In this document: one piece after another, positions 40,590-51,236 of the stretch | Position numbering within the stretch: position 1 is the first letter of the stretch | Layout of the letters: each line of letters starts with the position of its first letter | From: Nitrospirota bacterium | GTDB lineage: Bacteria; Nitrospirota; JACRHJ01 | Length of the DNA: 64,000 nt | Direction: 5' to 3' | NCBI GenBank assembly: GCA_963733375.1 | Contig: CAVTDB010000002.1 | Location: 32,390 to 96,389, forward strand | Notes under the pieces: generated by a model | Database searches by the model: none | Told to the model about the DNA's origin: nothing | The model's input: only the letters and a program-made list of their open reading frames with translations | Program-made: the position numbers and the translations under genes

Positions 40590-41392
40590 TTATAACTCGG
40601 CCTTCTCCACTTCCGGGATATCGTATCCGAGGAAGCGTTCGCCGACTGCTTTGAAACGCTCCGGCGCGTCGGTTACAAAGTATCTGATGTAGCCGTCGCC
40701 GCCGGGGCCGTTCTCAAGGCCGTTCTTGCCGAGCACCCGCCTTACCTCCTGCGCCGTCTCGTGCGCGGAGTCGATTAGCGTCGTCTTCTCCCCCATCACT
40801 TCGCCTATCACCGGCTTCAGAAGCGGGATAGTGCGTGCAGCCCAGGACGAGGGTATCGATATCCTTTTCCTTCAGGGGCAGGAGATATTCCTTCGCAACC
40901 AGCGCGGTTATCTCGCCTGTCAGCCTACCCTCCTCCACCAGCGGCACGAAAAGAGGGCATGAGGCGGCGAATATCTCCGTGCCGGGCCGGATGTTCCGGA
41001 TGAGGCGCTCGTAAGCGCCGGAGGCGACGGTGGACTCGGTGCCGATGACGCCGACCCTGCCGGTCTTCGTGGCGCGGGACGCGGCGTATGCGCCGGGCAT
41101 CAGCACGCCGACCACCGGGATGGGCAGGCTTTCCCGAAGCGTGTTAAGCGCGGCGGCGGTCGCGGTGTTGCAGGCGATGACCAGCATTTTAATATTCTGC
41201 CGGACTAGGTAATCCGCTATTTCCTTCGAGAAGCGCCGCACCGTCTCGGCGGACTTTATGCCGTACGGCACGCGCGCGGTGTCGCCGAAGTAGATAAGGT
41301 TTTCAGCCCGGTATATGGTGGCGTATCTCCTTCAGGACGGTCAAGCCGCCGATTCCGGAGTCGAATATGCCGATGGGGTTGGAAGATTTCAT
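40590..41392 (-). CDS. murI: Glutamate racemase (frameshifted)
   Basis: [30 protein letters not shown]. Confidence 0.95.
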
Positions 41393-41997
41393 CAATCTTT
41401 ATTCAGCGCAGTTCTAGGCGCGAAGGGCCTTGTTGTGTCTATATGCCCGGCAAGCGATTCCGTCACGTTACCTTCGACGAGGAACTGCACCTGCTTGATA
41501 TCCGGGAAGTCCTCGGTCAGGGTATTTACGATGGAGTAAATGGCGAGCGTCTCCGTCCAGGCGCCGCCGGGGAACTGCGTCTGCACCTCGCGCGAGAAAT
41601 CTATGTACGCCGTGCCGGTGGCCGGGTCTATGAACACGCTTTTAACCCTTGTCTCGGCGGGCAGGGCGGGTGTGAGTTCAGGGGAAAGAGGCCCGCGTAT
41701 CAATTCCGCAATAAGTCCCTTCACCTCCTGGGATTTATCCGCCGATTCGGCGACCTCCCTTTCCTCGGCCGAAAGGCCCTTGCCGTCCGGCGTCGGGAAA
41801 TAGACCTTCATTGCAACCTTCGCCCCCTGCATGGCTGTAACTTCCTTGAGGGCAGGCGCGGCCGGGACCGGGGGTTTCGGCGGCTGGCTCGTCATCTGGA
41901 AAAAATAATACGTCCCCACGGAGAGCGCCGACGCGAGAATGGCCGCACCCACTATCCAGGGCCATACCGCCCCGTCGTGCTTCACCCTTTCATTCAA
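41392..41997 (-). CDS. GerMN-domain membrane protein
   Basis: TM helix, [27 protein letters not shown]. Confidence 0.9.
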   Translation of the reverse strand: MNERVKHDGAVWPWIVGAAILASALSVGTYYFFQMTSQPPKPPVPAAPALKEVTAMQGAKVAMKVYFPTPDGKGLSAEEREVAESADKSQEVKGLIAELIRGPLSPELTPALPAETRVKSVFIDPATGTAYIDFSREVQTQFPGGAWTETLAIYSIVNTLTEDFPDIKQVQFLVEGNVTESLAGHIDTTRPFAPRTALNKD

Positions 41998-43049
41998 TGG
42001 ACCACCCCCCTGGCGAAATCCTCTATCCCGTGAGCTATCTTTGCCGCTATCTTACCCCTGTAGGCGTCGTCCGAGAGCTGCTGGGCCTGTTCCGGGTCGT
42101 CAAGGTCCCCAAGCTCCGCCATCACGGCGGGCATCGCCAGCCCGTCGAAGCCCGACAGCCTTGCCTCATGAAGCGCGGGCTGACGCCCTTTTTCGGCTCC
42201 CATATCAGCAATCAACGCCCTAGCCAGCCGCAGGCTGTCCGGCAGAAAAGGCGCGTTCTGCTCTCCCCATACCAGCGGCCCCTTCGTTTTGCCTTCACCG
42301 TCCAGGTCCCCGGCATCCAAAGTATAAAATGCCTGGCCCATCCCTTTTCTTCCATACGAGCCGGAGGCGTGGATAGAGATGAACAGGTCCGCCTTTGCCG
42401 CGTTCGCCGTACCCGCGCGGTCCGCGGGGCTCAACTCCGCATCGCCCTCTCTGGTTAGAACGACCTTAAACCCTCTCGCCGTCAATACATTTCTCAACCT
42501 TAACGCCACGTCCATCGCAACTTCCTTCTCCGGCATGCCCTCCATCTTTAGAGCTGCCGAAGGACCGGCCGCCGTGGCCCGGGTCGATAGCCACCGTCCG
42601 CACCGGCCTGACGAGCGGCAGGAACCCGGCGTCCTGGCTTTTGGCCCTGTCATAGAAATCCAGCACGATCCTGCCCGGCTCGCTCAGGTACGATACCCTG
42701 TACCCCAGCGCCGCGACAGGCGACAGGCTTATCACGATCCCCTGCGGCCCCCGCCATCGGTGAAATTCACCTCCCGGACAATATCGCCGACCTGCGTTAC
42801 CGGGGCGAAGGAAAGCGAGAGCGTCCCGGATTCCGGGTACAGGACCACCTGTCTCTGCATAGGGTCATAGTTAATCTTAAACCCTTCCGGCCTCTCCCCT
42901 CCGGTATCGAAGACCACCCGCGTAAAGGCGTAATAGTTTTTCGCGCCCAGATATTTTACTTCGACCTGGCCACCCTCCTGTCCGAGGGCAACAGAAGCCG
43001 CCAATATAAACAGCAGGAACGCCCATAATTTTATGGAAGCCAATTTCAT
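41994..43049 (-). CDS. N-acetylmuramoyl-L-alanine amidase (frameshifted)
   Basis: AMIN-like TRVVFD; IDPGHGG, EK, VLTR, FISIHA, PAVMAELG. Confidence 0.88.
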
Positions 43050-43844
43050 GGAAGAAGCCGTTCCTCCAGGAATTTCAGGGCGTCCTCCCTCGGCGCCTGG
43101 TTCCATAGCAATCCATGGTTAGCGTAAGGGTAGATTTTCAGACTGGCATCCTTTCCGGCGGATTTCAACTTCTCGTAGAGTTCCCTGGACTCTTTTACGT
43201 TGACCTTGTGGTCCACCTCGCCGTGCATCACAAGCACAGGGGCGTCGATTTTATCCAGTGAAGGAAGCGGCGAGGCTTCTTCTATCTCGGGCATGTATCT
43301 CTCGGCCCGTCTCTTCTTCTCCGGCGTATCACCCAAGCCTTCAAAGAATTTAACCGGGTCGGATAGCGCTGACATAACTACTATCGCCTTAAGACCCTTC
43401 ACCCTCTCCGCCGCCCGGAGCGTCACAAGACCGCCCAGACTGTACCCCGCCATGCCGATCCTTCCGGGGTCTACGTAAGGGAGCGATTCCAGATATTCCA
43501 GCGCACAGAGCGAGTCGTCGACCTCGCCCCTGGCGAACTCGAAGTGCCCTTCGGAGCCGCCCTGCCCCCGGAACTGCGGCACTATCACCACAAAGCCCTT
43601 GGACGCCAGCTCCTCACTCCATGCCCGGCAAGGAAACTCGGCGCCTTTCATCCCGCCGTGGTTTAAGACGATCCCCGGATATTTCTTACCCGGGACCAGT
43701 CGGCCTTGGAGAGTATAAGATGCTGTTTATCTTCAGGTTATCCGATTGAAGCACCGGTTTTTTGACATCGTACCCGTGCGCGCAGGATAGAAGAACCATC
43801 GCGATGACGGGCGTAAAAAACCTGAAGATCCTCCGGTTTGCCAA
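43046..43844 (-). CDS. Alpha/beta hydrolase (peptidase S9-like) lipoprotein (frameshifted)
   Basis: NHGG, GYSLGG nucleophile, MHGEVD, NHG. Confidence 0.85.
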
Positions 43845-44015
43845 TAGTTTCCTCCAAGGAAGTTAAATCTAACATAAAAGCGCGGCTATTTCATCTTTTT
43901 TAAGATGAAATCACCCCGATCCGTAATTTTTAAGGGCGGACTTATTTCTGGTATAATGGATGTCATCATGCGCGGGACAACGGCTTCCGCGCGCAGGGCT
44001 CAAAGGGAGATAAGA

Positions 44016-44324
44016 ATGCTGCCGACAAAAGTTGACGAAGAGATAGAGTTTAACCCGGAGCGGGCGCGCACCAAGATGCTGTTCGACTCCCCGGCGTACC
44101 GCGCCGTGCTTTTCTGCCTGGAGGAGGGGCAGGCGGTCCCCCGGCACGTATCGACGGCGGAAGTGATGATGTTCTTGTACAAGGGCAAAGGGACTTTTAT
44201 AGTCGGGGAAAACGAGTTTAAGCTAAAGGAAGGAGAGATGGTCTTCTGCCGCCCGAACGAGCAGCACGGCTTCCGCTCCGAAGGGGAGCGGATGGTGGTC
44301 TTGGCGCTGATTATAAATCAGTAA
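44016..44324 (+). CDS. Cupin domain protein
   Basis: GQAVPRH, G.G.F, PNEQHG. Confidence 0.85.
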   Translation: MLPTKVDEEIEFNPERARTKMLFDSPAYRAVLFCLEEGQAVPRHVSTAEVMMFLYKGKGTFIVGENEFKLKEGEMVFCRPNEQHGFRSEGERMVVLALIINQ

Positions 44325-44393
44325 AAGGGGCGTTGTGCCTGCCGCGCAGGTCAAAAAGCAAGCTCCGTGTAGATCTTATGAAAAAGCTTGATA

Positions 44394-44436
44394 AAAAAAG
44401 CCCGGAAAGGTTTCTCCTTCCGGGCCTTGATTTTTT
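44394..44436. terminator. Bidirectional terminator between cupin and porB
   Basis: A-run, GCCCGGAA-loop-TTCCGGGC, T-rich. Confidence 0.75.
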
Positions 44437-44454
44437 AGTCCCTGCCGCCGGTTT

Positions 44455-45435
44455 CTACCAGCTCTTTCCCTCTTCGGGGTCTATATGCTCATCGGGATGC
44501 GAGTCGTTGTGCATCAGCACCACCGAACGCCAGTTCTCGTCCACAAGGTCCTGGAATTTCTTCAGCATCCAGTCGTTCTCCGGCTTGAAGAGGTGCTTGA
44601 AACGCCCCTGGGGCTTCAGCCATTCCACGATGGGCCTGCGGTTCTTGCCGGGGTTGTACGTAACCGTCGCCACGCCCTCCACCACCTGATAGAGCGGCCA
44701 GTAACAGGTGTTGACGGCGAGCTTGCTGAGCGCAATCGCGTCGTTCGTCTGGGTACGCCAGCCCCTGTTGCAGGGCGCGATGATGTTCATGAACTTCGGG
44801 CCCTCGATGCTCATCGCCTTCTGGACCTTCGACATCAGGTCTTTCCAGTTATGAGGCGAGGCCTGCGCCACGAACGGCACGCCGTGGGCGAGCGCGATCT
44901 TCGTCAGGTCCTTCCGCTTCTGGGTCTTGCCCTGCCCTACCTTCCCCGCGGGCGAGGTGGTGGTGTCCGCGCCGAACGGGGTCGCGGAGCTGCGCTGGAT
45001 GCCGGTGTTCATGTACGCGCCGTTGTCGTAGCAGACGTACATGAAGTCGTGCCCGCGCTCGAGCGCCCCGGAAAGGGACTGAAGCCCGATGTCATACGTG
45101 CCGCCGTCGCCGCCGAACGCGATGAACTTTATCTTCTGGTCCACCGGGAGTTTCCCCTGGCGCTTCAGGGACTGGTACATCGCCTCCACTCCGGAGATGG
45201 TGGCCGCCGCGTTCTCGAACGCGCTGTGTATCCATGGCAGCTTCCATGCGGAATAAGGATATATCGTGGTGGCGACCTCGAGGCAGCCGGTCGCGTTCGC
45301 GATAATCACCGGCTCGTCTATGGCCATCAAAACCTGGCGCACGACGATGGGCGCCCCGCAGCCGGCGCACATCCTGTGCCCGCCGGTCAGCTGCTCCGCC
45401 TTCTTTGAGAGTTCTTTCAGTTTTAATACCGCCAT
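44455..45435 (-). CDS. porB: Pyruvate/2-oxoacid:ferredoxin oxidoreductase beta subunit
   Basis: CAGCG, ATGCLEV, GGDGGTYDIG TPP motif, YMNTGIQRS. Confidence 0.95.
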   Translation of the reverse strand: MAVLKLKELSKKAEQLTGGHRMCAGCGAPIVVRQVLMAIDEPVIIANATGCLEVATTIYPYSAWKLPWIHSAFENAAATISGVEAMYQSLKRQGKLPVDQKIKFIAFGGDGGTYDIGLQSLSGALERGHDFMYVCYDNGAYMNTGIQRSSATPFGADTTTSPAGKVGQGKTQKRKDLTKIALAHGVPFVAQASPHNWKDLMSKVQKAMSIEGPKFMNIIAPCNRGWRTQTNDAIALSKLAVNTCYWPLYQVVEGVATVTYNPGKNRRPIVEWLKPQGRFKHLFKPENDWMLKKFQDLVDENWRSVVLMHNDSHPDEHIDPEEGKSW

Positions 45436-45447
45436 CGCCGTCTCCTT

Positions 45448-46632
45448 TTATTCTCTTACAGTTATATACTCGTAAAGTGATTTCGCCGGGCCCTTTTCGG
45501 AAAGCGTAACCAGTTCGGAATAGACCTTCCTGATGTCGTCCAGGCCGAGGTCGCGCCCGCCCAGTCCGAATATCTTGTTTATCGTTACGGGCCGGTTCGG
45601 GAGGTCGTAAAGCGCGCTCCTTACTTCGAGGAAGAGCGGTCCGCCCGCCGCGCCGAAGCTGTCGGCGCGGTCCATCACGCAAAGGGCTTTAAGCCCCTTC
45701 AGCGCGTCGGCTATCTCAAGGTACGGGAAGGGCCTGAACAGCCTGGGCTTCAGCAAGCCCGCCTTTATCCCCTTCGCCCTGAATTCGTCCACGATGACTT
45801 TCGCGGTGCCCGCGGCGGAGTTCAGCACGACCACGCCCACTTCCGCGTCGTCCATCTTATAAGTCTCGAAAAGACCGTACGTCCTGCCGGAGAGCTTGCC
45901 GTACTCCTTGCCCACCTCTATGACTACGTTCTTCGCCCGCTTCTGCGCCTCGTGGAGCTGTTTTCTGGACTCCATGTAGTAGTCCTGCAAGTGCAGCGCG
46001 CCGTACGTCACCGGGTGGTTCAGGTCGAGCAGCGGGTTCATCGTGCCCTTGTACGGCCCGATGAAGTCCTTCACCTGCTGGTCTTCCAGAAGCTCCAGGT
46101 TCTCGATGGAGTGGGAGATGATGAACCCGTCCATGCAGGACATCACCGGGAGGTGGATGTCCGGATGCTCGCCGATGCGCGGCGCCTGGACGGTATTGTC
46201 ATACGCCTCCTGGGCGTTCTCGGCGTATAACTGGATCCAGCCGGAGTCGCGTGCGCCCATGGAGTCGGAGTGGTCGCAGTGTATGTTGATGGGGGCGGAC
46301 AGGGCCCTGTTCACGCATGAGAGCACTATGGGGAGCCTGTTGCCGGAGGCAATGTAGAGCATCTCCCACATGAGCGCGAGGCCGTTCGCGGAGGTGGCGT
46401 TCATAACGCGCCCGCCCGCGGCGGCGGCCCCAATGCAAGCGCTCATCGCCGAATGCTCCGACTCCACCGTTACCAGTTCGGTGTCCACCAGTCCGTTTGA
46501 GACGAAGGTGGCGAACTGCTGCATTATTTCGGTGGAGGGAGTAATCGGATACGCGGCGCATACGTCGGGGTTTATCTGGCGCATGGCATTTGCCACCGCC
46601 ACGTTTCCCGTCATTGCAACTTTCTTTGCCAT
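45448..46632 (-). CDS. porA: POR alpha subunit
   Basis: AYPITP, VESEHSAMS, NRALSAPINIHCDH. Confidence 0.95.
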   Translation of the reverse strand: MAKKVAMTGNVAVANAMRQINPDVCAAYPITPSTEIMQQFATFVSNGLVDTELVTVESEHSAMSACIGAAAAGGRVMNATSANGLALMWEMLYIASGNRLPIVLSCVNRALSAPINIHCDHSDSMGARDSGWIQLYAENAQEAYDNTVQAPRIGEHPDIHLPVMSCMDGFIISHSIENLELLEDQQVKDFIGPYKGTMNPLLDLNHPVTYGALHLQDYYMESRKQLHEAQKRAKNVVIEVGKEYGKLSGRTYGLFETYKMDDAEVGVVVLNSAAGTAKVIVDEFRAKGIKAGLLKPRLFRPFPYLEIADALKGLKALCVMDRADSFGAAGGPLFLEVRSALYDLPNRPVTINKIFGLGGRDLGLDDIRKVYSELVTLSEKGPAKSLYEYITVRE

Positions 46633-46653
46633 CGTAAGATTCTCCTTTAAGTC

Positions 46654-46744
46654 GTTACTTTTCTTTCGCGAGAAAGAAAAGTAACACAAAAGAAAGCGGG
46701 ACAGTTTAAAAGTTTTTGGCGTTACCTTTTTCCAAAAAGGTAAC
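46654..46744. repeat. Palindromic repeat family 2, paired unit
   Basis: Same two-hairpin layout as 10197-10290. Confidence 0.9.
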
Positions 46745-46756
46745 GGTTTTACACTT

Positions 46757-47128
46757 TCACTTTCCCAGTTTTTTTCTCATCGGCCATCTGCTTGGCTTTT
46801 GCCTTCGCCTTTTCAAGCGCGCCGGGCTGTCAGCCCCTTCGGCCTCGGTCATCATCACGATGGCCTTCACCTTCGACGGGCATTCCATCGCGCAGATGCC
46901 GCAGCCCTTGCAGTGCAGGTAGTCGAACTCCCCGCGCTCACCTTCCGCCGCGACCGTGACGGCGGAGTCCGGGCAGAACACCCAGCAGAACATGCACTGT
47001 ATGCAGTTCTCTTTTATCCAGATCGGGCGGTCGCTTCTCCACGCGCCGGTATTATATTTTTCGGCGTTGCCCGCTTCGCTTATAAGCCCGCCTTCCGGCA
47101 GGTCCTTCCAGCCTTTTGGTTTGCTCAT
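46757..47128 (-). CDS. porD: POR delta subunit (2x[4Fe-4S])
   Basis: TGAWR, CIQCMFCWVFCP, CKGCGICAMECP. Confidence 0.93.
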   Translation of the reverse strand: MSKPKGWKDLPEGGLISEAGNAEKYNTGAWRSDRPIWIKENCIQCMFCWVFCPDSAVTVAAEGERGEFDYLHCKGCGICAMECPSKVKAIVMMTEAEGADSPARLKRRRQKPSRWPMRKKLGK

Positions 47129-47700
47129 TCCGCCTTCACCTCCTCATAAGCCCTGCTCGCTGCGTCCAGGTTGCTCTGGATAATCTTCTCGGAGAACTTC
47201 TTCCCGAAGCTCGCCCGGATGTCCTCCAGCAGAGTCGCCAGCTTTATCACTCCGGTAGCCTTCACCACCGCGCCGAGCATCGGCGTGTTCGGCATGATGC
47301 GCCCGATCGTATCGATGCTTATCCCGTTCGCGTCCACGCAGAAGATTTTCTGCGTACCGGAGAGCTTCAGCTTCCCGCGCAACTCGCCAGGCGCCTGGGG
47401 TGTGTTTATGATGAATACGGCGTCGTCCGTCGTGCCCTCGGTCACGTCCACCGTGTCCAGCAGCGTCGGGTCCACCACTGCGACCACCGCCGGGTTCGTC
47501 ACCTGGCAGTGGATCGTCATTGGCATTTCGCTTACGCGGTTATATGCCCGAAGCGGCGCGCCCATCCTCTCCGGACCGTATTCCGGAAAGGCCTGGACGT
47601 TCTTGCCCTCGGCCATGGCCGCCTCGGCTAATACCTTGGCCGCCGTGACGGTACCCTGACCGCCCCGGCCGTGCCATCTTACTTCAAGTATGCCGGCCAT
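47125..47700 (-). CDS. porC: POR gamma subunit
   Basis: HGRGGQG, FPEYGPERMGAP, PNTPMLGA. Confidence 0.93.
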   Translation of the reverse strand: MAGILEVRWHGRGGQGTVTAAKVLAEAAMAEGKNVQAFPEYGPERMGAPLRAYNRVSEMPMTIHCQVTNPAVVAVVDPTLLDTVDVTEGTTDDAVFIINTPQAPGELRGKLKLSGTQKIFCVDANGISIDTIGRIMPNTPMLGAVVKATGVIKLATLLEDIRASFGKKFSEKIIQSNLDAASRAYEEVKAE

Positions 47701-47755
47701 TTTACTTCCTCCATGTTGCTCTTTTACCTGCCGCCCCTGATTTACCCTCTTCCAA

Positions 47756-48346
47756 TCACAATTCCGTTCTTCCCTCTAACGCCTTCGTAAGCGTGCCCGA
47801 GTCGGAGTATTCCAGTATCCCGCCCACCGGCACGCCGTATGCTATCCTCGTGAGCTTCACGCCCAGGGGCCTGAGCTTCTTCGCCACGTAAAGCGCGGTG
47901 GCCTCGCCTTTCAAGTTCGGGTTCGTCGCGATGATCACTTCCTCGACGCCGCCCTTCTCGACCAGCTCCACCAGCGCCCCGACCTTCGTATCCTCCGGCC
48001 CGATCCCGTCCATCGGCGAGAGCGCGCCCATCAGGACGAAATACCTGCCCTGGTAGCTGCCGGTGGCCTCAACCGCCATGAGGTCCGAGACCTCCTCCAC
48101 TACCAGCACCCTGCGGGAGTCCCGCTTTCCGCTCCCGCATATCAGGCAGAGCTCGCCCTCGGCGATGTTATTGCAGAGCCTGCACGGGCGGGATTTTTCG
48201 CCCAAATCGGTCAGCGCCCTGGCTAAGGCCTCCGATTCGCCCCTTCCGGTCTTTACGAAATGGAGCGCGAGGCGCATCGCGGTCTTCTTGCCGATTCCAG
48301 GGAGCTTGGATAGCTCTTCTACCAGTCTATTTAGTGATTCAGACAT
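47756..48346 (-). CDS. recR: Recombination protein RecR
   Basis: LPGIGKKTA.RLA, C4 zinc finger, EVIIAT, GEATA. Confidence 0.96.
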   Translation of the reverse strand: MSESLNRLVEELSKLPGIGKKTAMRLALHFVKTGRGESEALARALTDLGEKSRPCRLCNNIAEGELCLICGSGKRDSRRVLVVEEVSDLMAVEATGSYQGRYFVLMGALSPMDGIGPEDTKVGALVELVEKGGVEEVIIATNPNLKGEATALYVAKKLRPLGVKLTRIAYGVPVGGILEYSDSGTLTKALEGRTEL

Positions 48347-48355
48347 ACTTCAAAA

Positions 48356-48715
48356 TCAGTTAAAACAGCCCCGGGAATCCCCTGCCGCCGCCGCCATACC
48401 GCCCATGCCGGGCAGGCTAAGGCCCCCGGTTACTTTGCCCATCTCTTCGTTCATCATGTCCTGGGCCTTACGGAGCGCCTCGTTTACCGCGGCGGCCACC
48501 AGGTCCTGGAGCATCTCGACGTCGTTTGGGTCCACCGCTTCCTTCTCTATCTTTATGGAGAGGATTTCCATCTTGCCGTTCGCGGTCACGGTTACCATGC
48601 CGCCCCCGGCCGATGCCTCGACGGTTTTCGCCGCCGCCTCCTCCTGGACTTTCTGCATCTTCTCCTGCATCATCTGGGCCTGCTTCATCAGGTTGCCCAA
48701 GAGTTTTTTCGACAT
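48356..48715 (-). CDS. ybaB: YbaB/EbfC nucleoid-associated protein
   Basis: MKQAQMMQ, SAGGGMV, DVEMLQDLV.AAVN. Confidence 0.95.
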   Translation of the reverse strand: MSKKLLGNLMKQAQMMQEKMQKVQEEAAAKTVEASAGGGMVTVTANGKMEILSIKIEKEAVDPNDVEMLQDLVAAAVNEALRKAQDMMNEEMGKVTGGLSLPGMGGMAAAAGDSRGCFN

Positions 48716-48737
48716 TTATCCTCCAGCTATCAGCGTT

Positions 48738-50444
48738 TTAAGTTTTAGTGTCCTCGACTTCGACAATCTCCGCGCCGAAAAGGTCCACCGCCGCCTTCAC
48801 AAGCGGGTCGCTCATGGCCTCCTGCCGCATCTTCTCCTTGCGGGAATGCTCTTTCTCTTTCTTGTGGTCGGCGAGCGTCTTTTCCTTGCCGCTCCCGCTT
48901 ATAACCTTTACCTTGAAGCCGCCCAGCGCCTCCGCCGCGCCCTTTATCGCCTCAAGCTCTTCCGGCTTGAAGGGCAGCGTGGACTCGGAGACGCTCAGGA
49001 CGTTATTGCTCAGTTCCTTGGGAGCCGCGACTTTCATCTTCGCCGCTAAAGGCGCCTTCCCGGATTTCTTTATCTCTTCGCGGATACGGTCCCAGAGGTC
49101 CAGCGCGGAGAGTTCCCCCGCCGGCTTCAAAGGCTCGCCGGGGTTTCTGTAATATGCCTCCGCGTCGTCAGCCGTCAGAGCCGGTTTACCGGCCTCGGAA
49201 TTTTTCACTTTCCGGCTATCGGATACGGCGGCTTCGGATATTCCTGCCGCCCCGGCCGCCCCGCCTGAAACCGGTTGCCGGCTGGCCGTCGCGCCCTGGT
49301 ATCCGCCTTCTTTCAGGCCCTTCACGCCTTTGATGACGTCCTCGACCGACCCTATCGGCCGGGAAGCGGCTTTCACTAAAGCCAGCTCCAAGGTAATCCT
49401 CTTGTTCGACGCGTCCTTTATTTCTTCGACCGTCCGCGTCAGGAGGTTCAGGAGCCTTATCAGCTCTTCCGGATGGATCCGCTTCGCCATCTCCCGGTAC
49501 TCCGCCACGTCCGGCGCCGGAAGGTCGAGCGCGCGCTCAGGCTTCTTGGATATGCGGCAGACCAGAAGGTCCCGGAAAAATCCCATCAGTTCGGCGGCGA
49601 ACCTTCTTAAGTCGTGGCCCTTGTCCACCAGGGAGTCAACAAGCTCGAACGCGCGGGCAGGGTCCTGGGATATGACGGCTTCCGCCGCCTCCCGCACCGC
49701 CGCGCGGCCGACCAGCCCCAGCGTCTCGTCTATGTCCGCCTCGCGGACGCCGCCTTCGCCGCAGAAAGATATGACCTGGTCCATCAGGCTCAGACTATCC
49801 CGGACGCTTCCCTCGGCCAGCGCCGAAAGGCGGACCAGCGCGCCTTCCTCGGCGTTTATGCCTTCCGCGTCGCACAACGAGCGGAGGTGGGCCTGGATTG
49901 CGGCCTTCGGCACGCGCCGGAAGTCGTAGTGCTGGCACCTTGAGAGTATCGTCGCCGGGAGCTTGTGCGGGTCGGTCGTGGCCAGGATGAATACGACATG
50001 CGGGGGCGGCTCTTCCAGGGTCTTCAGAAGGGCGTTGAACGCCGCCCCGGAGAGCATGTGCACCTCGTCGATAATATATACCTTGTACCGTCCGCGGGCG
50101 GGCGCGTACTTTACGTTCTCCCTCAGCTCCCGGACGTTGTCCACGCCGGTGTTGGATGCGGCGTCTATCTCCATCACGTCAACGGACGAGCCCTGGGTAA
50201 TCTCCTTGCAGGAGTCGCACTCCCCGCAGGGCGAGGGCGAGGGCCCCTTTTCGCAGTTCAGCGCCTTCGCCAGGACCCTCGCGGTGGTGGTCTTGCCGAC
50301 CCCGCGCGTGCCGGAGAAGAGGAATGCGTGCGCCACCCTCTCCATGGAGAGCGCGTTCATCAGGCTCTTGGTCACATGCCCCTGTCCAACCACGTCCTCG
50401 AACCTCTGCGGACGATATTTTCGGGCAAGTACCGTGTAGTTCAT
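48738..50444 (-). CDS. dnaX: DNA polymerase III gamma/tau
   Basis: LARKYRP, GTRGVGKTT, IDEVHML, TILSRCQ. Confidence 0.97.
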   Translation of the reverse strand: MNYTVLARKYRPQRFEDVVGQGHVTKSLMNALSMERVAHAFLFSGTRGVGKTTTARVLAKALNCEKGPSPSPCGECDSCKEITQGSSVDVMEIDAASNTGVDNVRELRENVKYAPARGRYKVYIIDEVHMLSGAAFNALLKTLEEPPPHVVFILATTDPHKLPATILSRCQHYDFRRVPKAAIQAHLRSLCDAEGINAEEGALVRLSALAEGSVRDSLSLMDQVISFCGEGGVREADIDETLGLVGRAAVREAAEAVISQDPARAFELVDSLVDKGHDLRRFAAELMGFFRDLLVCRISKKPERALDLPAPDVAEYREMAKRIHPEELIRLLNLLTRTVEEIKDASNKRITLELALVKAASRPIGSVEDVIKGVKGLKEGGYQGATASRQPVSGGAAGAAGISEAAVSDSRKVKNSEAGKPALTADDAEAYYRNPGEPLKPAGELSALDLWDRIREEIKKSGKAPLAAKMKVAAPKELSNNVLSVSESTLPFKPEELEAIKGAAEALGGFKVKVISGSGKEKTLADHKKEKEHSRKEKMRQEAMSDPLVKAAVDLFGAEIVEVEDTKT

Positions 50445-50502
50445 CTAAACTCCAAAAACCATTGGGGCCAGGGACGGCTCCTGTTTGCTTCAGGCATCAC
50501 AA

Positions 50503-50617
50503 GGGGCGCCGGACCAGGCTGGCCTGCGGCGCCCAGGAAGGTCCGCTTACCGCTGCTTCCTTCCGGACCTGACGGGGTTCACGGTTTCCTGCCGCGCAGA
50601 ACCCGGCCCGGCGACCC
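50503..50617 (-). ncRNA. ffs: Signal recognition particle RNA
   Basis: GTGAACCCCGTCAGGTCCGGAAGGAAGCAGCGGTAAGC helix-8 signature within a long hairpin, upstream of dnaX. Confidence 0.95.
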
Positions 50618-50704
50618 ATATAATGGCTGAAGCAGGGGTCAGGGATAAGGACCGGCAGGATTTAAAGCCTGCGGTCCCTGTCCCTATATTGACCCCTTAT
50701 TGTC

Positions 50705-50797
50705 TGGCGGAGAGGGTGGGAGTCGAACCCACGGTACACCTTTTGGGCATACACGCGATTTCCAGTCGCGCACCTTCGGCCACTCGGTCACCTCTCC
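50705..50797 (-). tRNA. tRNA-Ser(GGA)
   Basis: GGAGAGGTGACCGAGTGG...CTGGAAA...long variable arm...GTTCGACTC...CTCCGCCA. Confidence 0.95.
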
Positions 50798-50806
50798 GTT
50801 TAATCA

Positions 50807-50840
50807 GTTACTTTCTTTCAAAAAGGTACGCCAGTTTTTA
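50807..50840. repeat. Degenerate family 2 repeat between the tRNAs
   Basis: GTTACTTTCTTTCAAAAAGGTACGCCAGTTTTTA. Confidence 0.5.
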
Positions 50841-50844
50841 GCAG

Positions 50845-50934
50845 TGGCGGAGAGAGAGGGAGTCGAACCCCCGGTGGAGTCACCCCCACAGTTGATTTCG
50901 AGTCAACCGCCTTCGACCACTCGGCCATCTCTCC
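50845..50934 (-). tRNA. tRNA-Ser(CGA)
   Basis: GGAGAGATGGCCGAGTGG...CTCGAAA...GTTCGACTC...CTCCGCCA. Confidence 0.95.
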
Positions 50935-51236
50935 TGGAAAAATCCGGACGAATCCGTTTTTATAATATAAAACCGGTATGAAAGTCAACAGCCAAAGCGG
51001 AAAACCCTATGAAAAAACAGAAATGGGGGTTAATCCCCCCAATCGTCTTTTTCCTGAAAACCCCGTTATTTTATCAGCATTACCGGCCTTATGCAAGAGC
51101 AATTATTGATAAACGCCGGGTGGAGAAAGGTAAAAAAGTTTTAATGTTTTTTCTGTTGACAGAGTAAAAAAAATACACTAAGCTCCTTTCAACCAATTTT
51201 TTTTATCTTAACGCTTTTTTAGCATCAGGAGGAGAA

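Noticed and set aside
9656-46922. Family of small MALPF(S/Y)KKVT proteins
   Set aside because: These are translations of repeat family 2 starting at a TTG, including the false N-terminal extension of ClpB.
9649-50840. Recurring ~36-bp palindromes as CRISPR repeats
   Set aside because: Copies are dispersed kilobases apart, with no regular spacers and no cas genes.
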